DNA from: Alphaproteobacteria bacterium
Lineage (GTDB): Bacteria > Pseudomonadota > Alphaproteobacteria > Sphingomonadales > Kordiimonadaceae
Assembly (NCBI GenBank): GCA_013372975.1
Contig: JABXIS010000044.1
Span: 40,959-104,958, forward strand
Length of the DNA stretch: 64,000 bases
Reading direction: 5' to 3'
The translations under genes and the position numbers were made by a program. Positions within the stretch are counted from its first letter, which is position 1. Each line of letters starts with the position of its first letter. The notes under the pieces are model-generated. The model was given only the letters and a program-made list of their open reading frames with translations. It ran no database searches and had not been told where the DNA came from. Below, in pieces: positions 60,362 to 64,000 of this stretch.

Positions 60362-61459
60362 ATGCGACCTGGATTAACTATCATACCGATCATACTGGGC
60401 TTCCTGATATCTTCTACAACACTTAGGGCAACTGAAATCCCCCAATCCATAGACCAAGCCGCTGTCGAGAGCATTCTCAAAGAAGCCGCGGAAAAAGGAT
60501 TCGAGGGTATCGTCGGGATTTCTGACGAAGATGGAATTTTCTATCTACGTGCCTATGGCGATGCCGTTAAAGGAGTAACGCCATACGATGAAGGCACGCT
60601 TGCCGATATTGCTTCAATCACCAAACAGTTTACCGGGGCGGCGATTTTGAAACTGAGAGAGCAAGGCAAATTGAAGCTTGATGATCGATTGGATCGCTTC
60701 TTTATGGATATCCCCGCTGACAAGGCCGCTATAACAATACATCAATTGCTGACACACACAGCTGGCATGCCAGCACCCGGCTCAATAGGCAGGGATGAAG
60801 AAGCTATTGGTCGCGATGATTATTTGCGTCGCCTGTTTGCTGCGCCACTTCAACATCGACCTGGTACTGTTCATGAGTATTCCAATGAAGGATATTCACT
60901 ATTGGCTGCAATCATCGAGTTGGCTTCCGGGCTTTCCTACGAGAGCTACCTGTTCGAGAATATCTGGAAACCAGCGGGCATGTATCACACAGGCTATTCC
61001 CGGCCTGACTGGAGCGGTCATTCAATTCCAGAGATCGAGAAACCGGTTGCCGGGCTTGTATCCCAGAAACAGCTTTTGGACAGCACGCAGGGTCAATTCT
61101 GGCATCTTATGGGGAATGGCGGACTTCTCAGCACTGTCGGAGATATGCTCATATGGCATCGGGCGCTTCTTGGCGCTGACATTCTAAACGAAGAATCGAA
61201 GAAACTATTGTTCGCGCCGCATGTGTCCGAGGGTGAAGAAGGCTTTTATTATGGATATGGCTGGGCAATTGAACCGGGCCATCCGGCCGGATCGCTGGTA
61301 TGGCACAATGGCGGCAGCTATTTCAGCCGCGCAGAATTCTGGCGCTTGCCCAAAAGTGGCTACGGTATCTTCATAGCCACCCATACTGATGCCGTAGAAC
61401 CCTATTTCACCGCTGACGCCCTGGCGAGGCTTATGGGGGGTTCCAAGAAAGAGCGGTAG
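60362..61459 (+). CDS. Secreted serine hydrolase, beta-lactamase family
   Basis: SITK (SxxK), YSN, LLTHTAG and WHNG motifs; signal peptide. Confidence 0.9.
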   Translation: MRPGLTIIPIILGFLISSTTLRATEIPQSIDQAAVESILKEAAEKGFEGIVGISDEDGIFYLRAYGDAVKGVTPYDEGTLADIASITKQFTGAAILKLREQGKLKLDDRLDRFFMDIPADKAAITIHQLLTHTAGMPAPGSIGRDEEAIGRDDYLRRLFAAPLQHRPGTVHEYSNEGYSLLAAIIELASGLSYESYLFENIWKPAGMYHTGYSRPDWSGHSIPEIEKPVAGLVSQKQLLDSTQGQFWHLMGNGGLLSTVGDMLIWHRALLGADILNEESKKLLFAPHVSEGEEGFYYGYGWAIEPGHPAGSLVWHNGGSYFSRAEFWRLPKSGYGIFIATHTDAVEPYFTADALARLMGGSKKER

Positions 61460-61577
61460 AAAACCGACTGGCATCAGAAACTGGTTTCTCTCCAGCACCC
61501 GCAGGCGGCAAATTCGCTCCCTGCGGGCATTTTTCTGAGAATATAGGCCACTATATGAAGATTTGGGTTGGAATCCG

Positions 61578-61600
61578 AAATTGTGATATTATAACTATGC
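61578..61600 (+). promoter_or_regulatory. Zur-like box
   Basis: Core tgtgatattataact matches TGTTATAWTATAACA at 13/15. Confidence 0.6.
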
Positions 61601-61626
61601 AAGATTGCTTGTTATGAGGTTATGAT

Positions 61627-62715
61627 TTGGAACTGGCCCTGATCTTATCTGTTCTGGTGCTATTGGCTGCGCCCCTTTTGGCGCGACTGGTATCGAGGAC
61701 ACCTGCGCTCAAGAGCGCGCTTGATGGCTTTGTCCTGATCACCGTACTAGGCCTGATCGCCTTGACCCTTTTGCCCGAAGCGCTGGCACATGGTGGCGCC
61801 ATTGGCATTTTGATCGCCATCTTTGGTTTCTCGATGCCGTGGATAGCAGAATTCTTGTTCCACCGAGCGGAAGAAATGACACACCGGGTTGTGCTGCTGG
61901 TTGCTGCTCTGGCTCTCGTTGTACATGCCGCGTCGGATGGTGCGATTTTGGCCTTTGCTGATGGCCACGAACATGGGCAATTTGTTGCAACTGGCATTCT
62001 CTTGCACCGTGTTGGCGTGGCAATCGCTGTCTGGTGGCTGCTACGGCCAGTGCTGACCACCTGGGCTGGTGTTGCTGTGCTGGCAGCTCTTGGCGTTATG
62101 ACCATTGTTGGTTACCTGATGGTGATGTTTGCATCATGGAACGACATACCTCTAGTGGGCTATTGGCAGGCGTTCGCGGCAGGTTCGCTATTACATGTGG
62201 TCCTGCATCCGCTTGAAGATCACAACACCACACCAAGCAAACAAACCCGGCTTGCACACCGGCTGGGCACTGGGGCCGGATTATTGTTCCTGACGCTTTT
62301 GATTGGAGCGCATTATCTACATCATGCCCCTTCAGAGGTTGTCATGATGTCGGCACACGATACGCACCATGTGATTGACCTCATGGCTGTTGTAGGCCGC
62401 CTGATGGCACCCTTGCTTATCCTTGTCCTGCTGTGCACAGCAACCTTGAAAAAGATCTATGGTGCCTCCCTCAAGGAGATTTACGCAGCACTTCAAAACG
62501 TTGCACCATGGACATTGGCGCTTTGGTTTGCGGCCACAGTTGTCGCTGAATTGCTACCTATGGATATTCCTGCGCCAAAGGGCGGGCAGGTTCTTTTCGG
62601 AATTTGGCTGGCGTCTACCAGCCTTGTCCTTGTGCACACCGGCGCCCGGGCATTTTTCTCCACCCTTTTACCGCGTTTTGCTCTCCACAAACACAGCCAC
62701 GATCACAGCCACTAA
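61627..62715 (+). CDS. ZIP-like His-rich metal transporter
   Basis: HAASDG, LLHR and AFAAGSLLHV TM motifs; HEH, HHA and HKHSHDHSH segments. Confidence 0.65.
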   Translation: MELALILSVLVLLAAPLLARLVSRTPALKSALDGFVLITVLGLIALTLLPEALAHGGAIGILIAIFGFSMPWIAEFLFHRAEEMTHRVVLLVAALALVVHAASDGAILAFADGHEHGQFVATGILLHRVGVAIAVWWLLRPVLTTWAGVAVLAALGVMTIVGYLMVMFASWNDIPLVGYWQAFAAGSLLHVVLHPLEDHNTTPSKQTRLAHRLGTGAGLLFLTLLIGAHYLHHAPSEVVMMSAHDTHHVIDLMAVVGRLMAPLLILVLLCTATLKKIYGASLKEIYAALQNVAPWTLALWFAATVVAELLPMDIPAPKGGQVLFGIWLASTSLVLVHTGARAFFSTLLPRFALHKHSHDHSH

Positions 62716-62788
62716 GCTGTTTGATTGTAGTGTTTCCTTGCCTGCCGTCCGATTTGGCGCTAGAGCAGCCCTGTAACAAGGAACTGAT

Positions 62789-63553
62789 ATGCGTTTTGAC
62801 GGCAAAAGAATAATCGTTACAGGCGGTACGTCCGGTTTTGGTGAGTCTATCGTGAAGGCATTTGCCCATGAAGGCGCTACCGTACATTTTTGCGGGTTGA
62901 TCGACGAAGAAGGGGAACGGGTTGTCGCGGATGTCCTGGCGGCTGGTGGTTCCGCGTCATATCACCATGCCGACGTGCGACATGAAGAGGCCGTAAAATC
63001 GTTCATTCTGGCGGCGACAGATAATGGCACAACGCTCGATATCGCAGTAAACAATGCCGGCATCAGCCATTCATCTGCCCGATTCGCAGATCAGGAAATG
63101 GCCATGGTCGAAGATGTATTTCAGACCAACGTGATGGGGGTTTGGTACGCCATGCGCCATGAAATCCCGATAATGCTGAAGGCTGACAAGGGCGCGATCA
63201 TCAATACTGGCAGCATTCTTTCCCGCTCTGGTGCGGAATGGATGGCCGCGTACGGTACCAGCAAACATGCTGTTGTTGGTCTGACTAAAAGCGCAGCTCT
63301 CGATTACGCTGACCACGGCATTCGCATCAATGCTGTCTCGCCAGGGCCAATGCTGACCCCAATGTTTGAGCGAGCGCTAGCCGATATTGGTGGCGACATG
63401 AGCAAGTTTGCGGGCGGCTTGCCTAAAGGGGGCCCCGCCGATCCGAATGATGTGGCAAAAACCGTATTGTATCTTGCTAGCGAAGAAGCAGGCTATATGA
63501 ACGGTGCCAATGTAATCGTGGATGGTGGTACTTCCAGCGGTTATCATGCATAA
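62789..63553 (+). CDS. SDR-family oxidoreductase
   Basis: TGGTSGFG, NNAG, YGTSK and NAVSPG motifs. Confidence 0.95.
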   Translation: MRFDGKRIIVTGGTSGFGESIVKAFAHEGATVHFCGLIDEEGERVVADVLAAGGSASYHHADVRHEEAVKSFILAATDNGTTLDIAVNNAGISHSSARFADQEMAMVEDVFQTNVMGVWYAMRHEIPIMLKADKGAIINTGSILSRSGAEWMAAYGTSKHAVVGLTKSAALDYADHGIRINAVSPGPMLTPMFERALADIGGDMSKFAGGLPKGGPADPNDVAKTVLYLASEEAGYMNGANVIVDGGTSSGYHA

Positions 63554-63627
63554 ATCTGCCACAGTTCAGATTGAAACTGGCACTGTAGATTGCCAGATAC
63601 AGTAAACACCCAGAAAGCTGCCACCTT

Positions 63628-64000
63628 ATGAACATGCTTAGCGAATGGTATCGCCGGACCTTCTCCGACCCGCAAATGGTTTTGCTGGTGTTGGTTGCCA
63701 TTGCCAGCGTGATCGCCATCTCGCTTTTCGGGCATATGCTTGCGCCTGCCATTGCAGCGGTTGTCATCGCCTTTCTTCTGGACGGCCCGATTGATTGGCT
63801 AACAAAAAAAGGCTCTCGTCGGTGGGTGTCATTTCTATCAGTTTATCTTGGCTTTCTGATGGTTTCGCTTCTTGCGATGCTAACTGTAGTACCGCTTCTG
63901 TTCAGGCAGATTGCTCAATTTCTTAATGATAGCCCAGCCATGGTGGCCAGCATCCAAGACGCTATGTTGACCTTACAGCAACGCTTTCCCGACATTATTT
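63628..64000 (+). CDS. AI-2E family (PerM-like) transporter, 3'-truncated
   Basis: MNMLSEWYRRTFSDPQ...LAPAIAAVVIAFLLDGPI; frame open to window end; not in ORF track. Confidence 0.85.
   Translation, partial: MNMLSEWYRRTFSDPQMVLLVLVAIASVIAISLFGHMLAPAIAAVVIAFLLDGPIDWLTKKGSRRWVSFLSVYLGFLMVSLLAMLTVVPLLFRQIAQFLNDSPAMVASIQDAMLTLQQRFPDII

Noticed and set aside
1-64000. CRISPR arrays, rRNA, IS elements, retron or DGR signatures
   Set aside because: No regularly spaced repeats, transposase, reverse transcriptase or rRNA-like sequence seen by eye.

Overview
A 64-kb window of an alphaproteobacterial chromosome. The assignment rests on the RegB/RegA, MucR/Ros, MmcB and DUF3126 genes and an alpha-type LexA box; the genus cannot be fixed from sequence alone. 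Most of it is conserved core: the pnp-rpsO-truB-rbfA-infB-ylxR-nusA-rimP-trmB-lnt-corC-ybeY-phoH-miaB-plsC-fur-mucR-rimI-tsaB run, nfuA, a class A PBP, sco, regBA, and rpmH-rnpA-yidD-yidC-engB. Two loci stand out. (1) 37.5-41.9 kb: an intact LapG-type periplasmic cysteine protease. It is divergent from a Cache-PAS-HD-GYP membrane protein that has lost its metal ligands but kept the RxxR c-di-GMP motif, and it is followed by a soluble, catalytically degenerate EAL-like protein. This looks like a three-part c-di-GMP inside-out adhesin switch without a canonical LapD. (2) 44.8-49.9 kb: a complete-looking 5,048-bp element integrated in tRNA-Arg(ACG). It has 55-bp att repeats, arm-type 11-mers at both ends, a tyrosine integrase with a ~46-aa insertion, an excisionase-like HTH, a wHTH rep-like gene with a repeat pair, its own tRNA terminator, and a thermonuclease lipoprotein plus a secreted protein as cargo. 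Smaller signals include a FabX-like flavoprotein after pnp, tandem orphan OppA genes sharing a 25-nt upstream motif, a Zur-like box before a ZIP-like transporter, a LexA box before mmcB, and a CadC-like regulator with phased repeats. No CRISPR array, rRNA or IS element was seen. All functional calls come from motif recognition by eye; no database searches were run.
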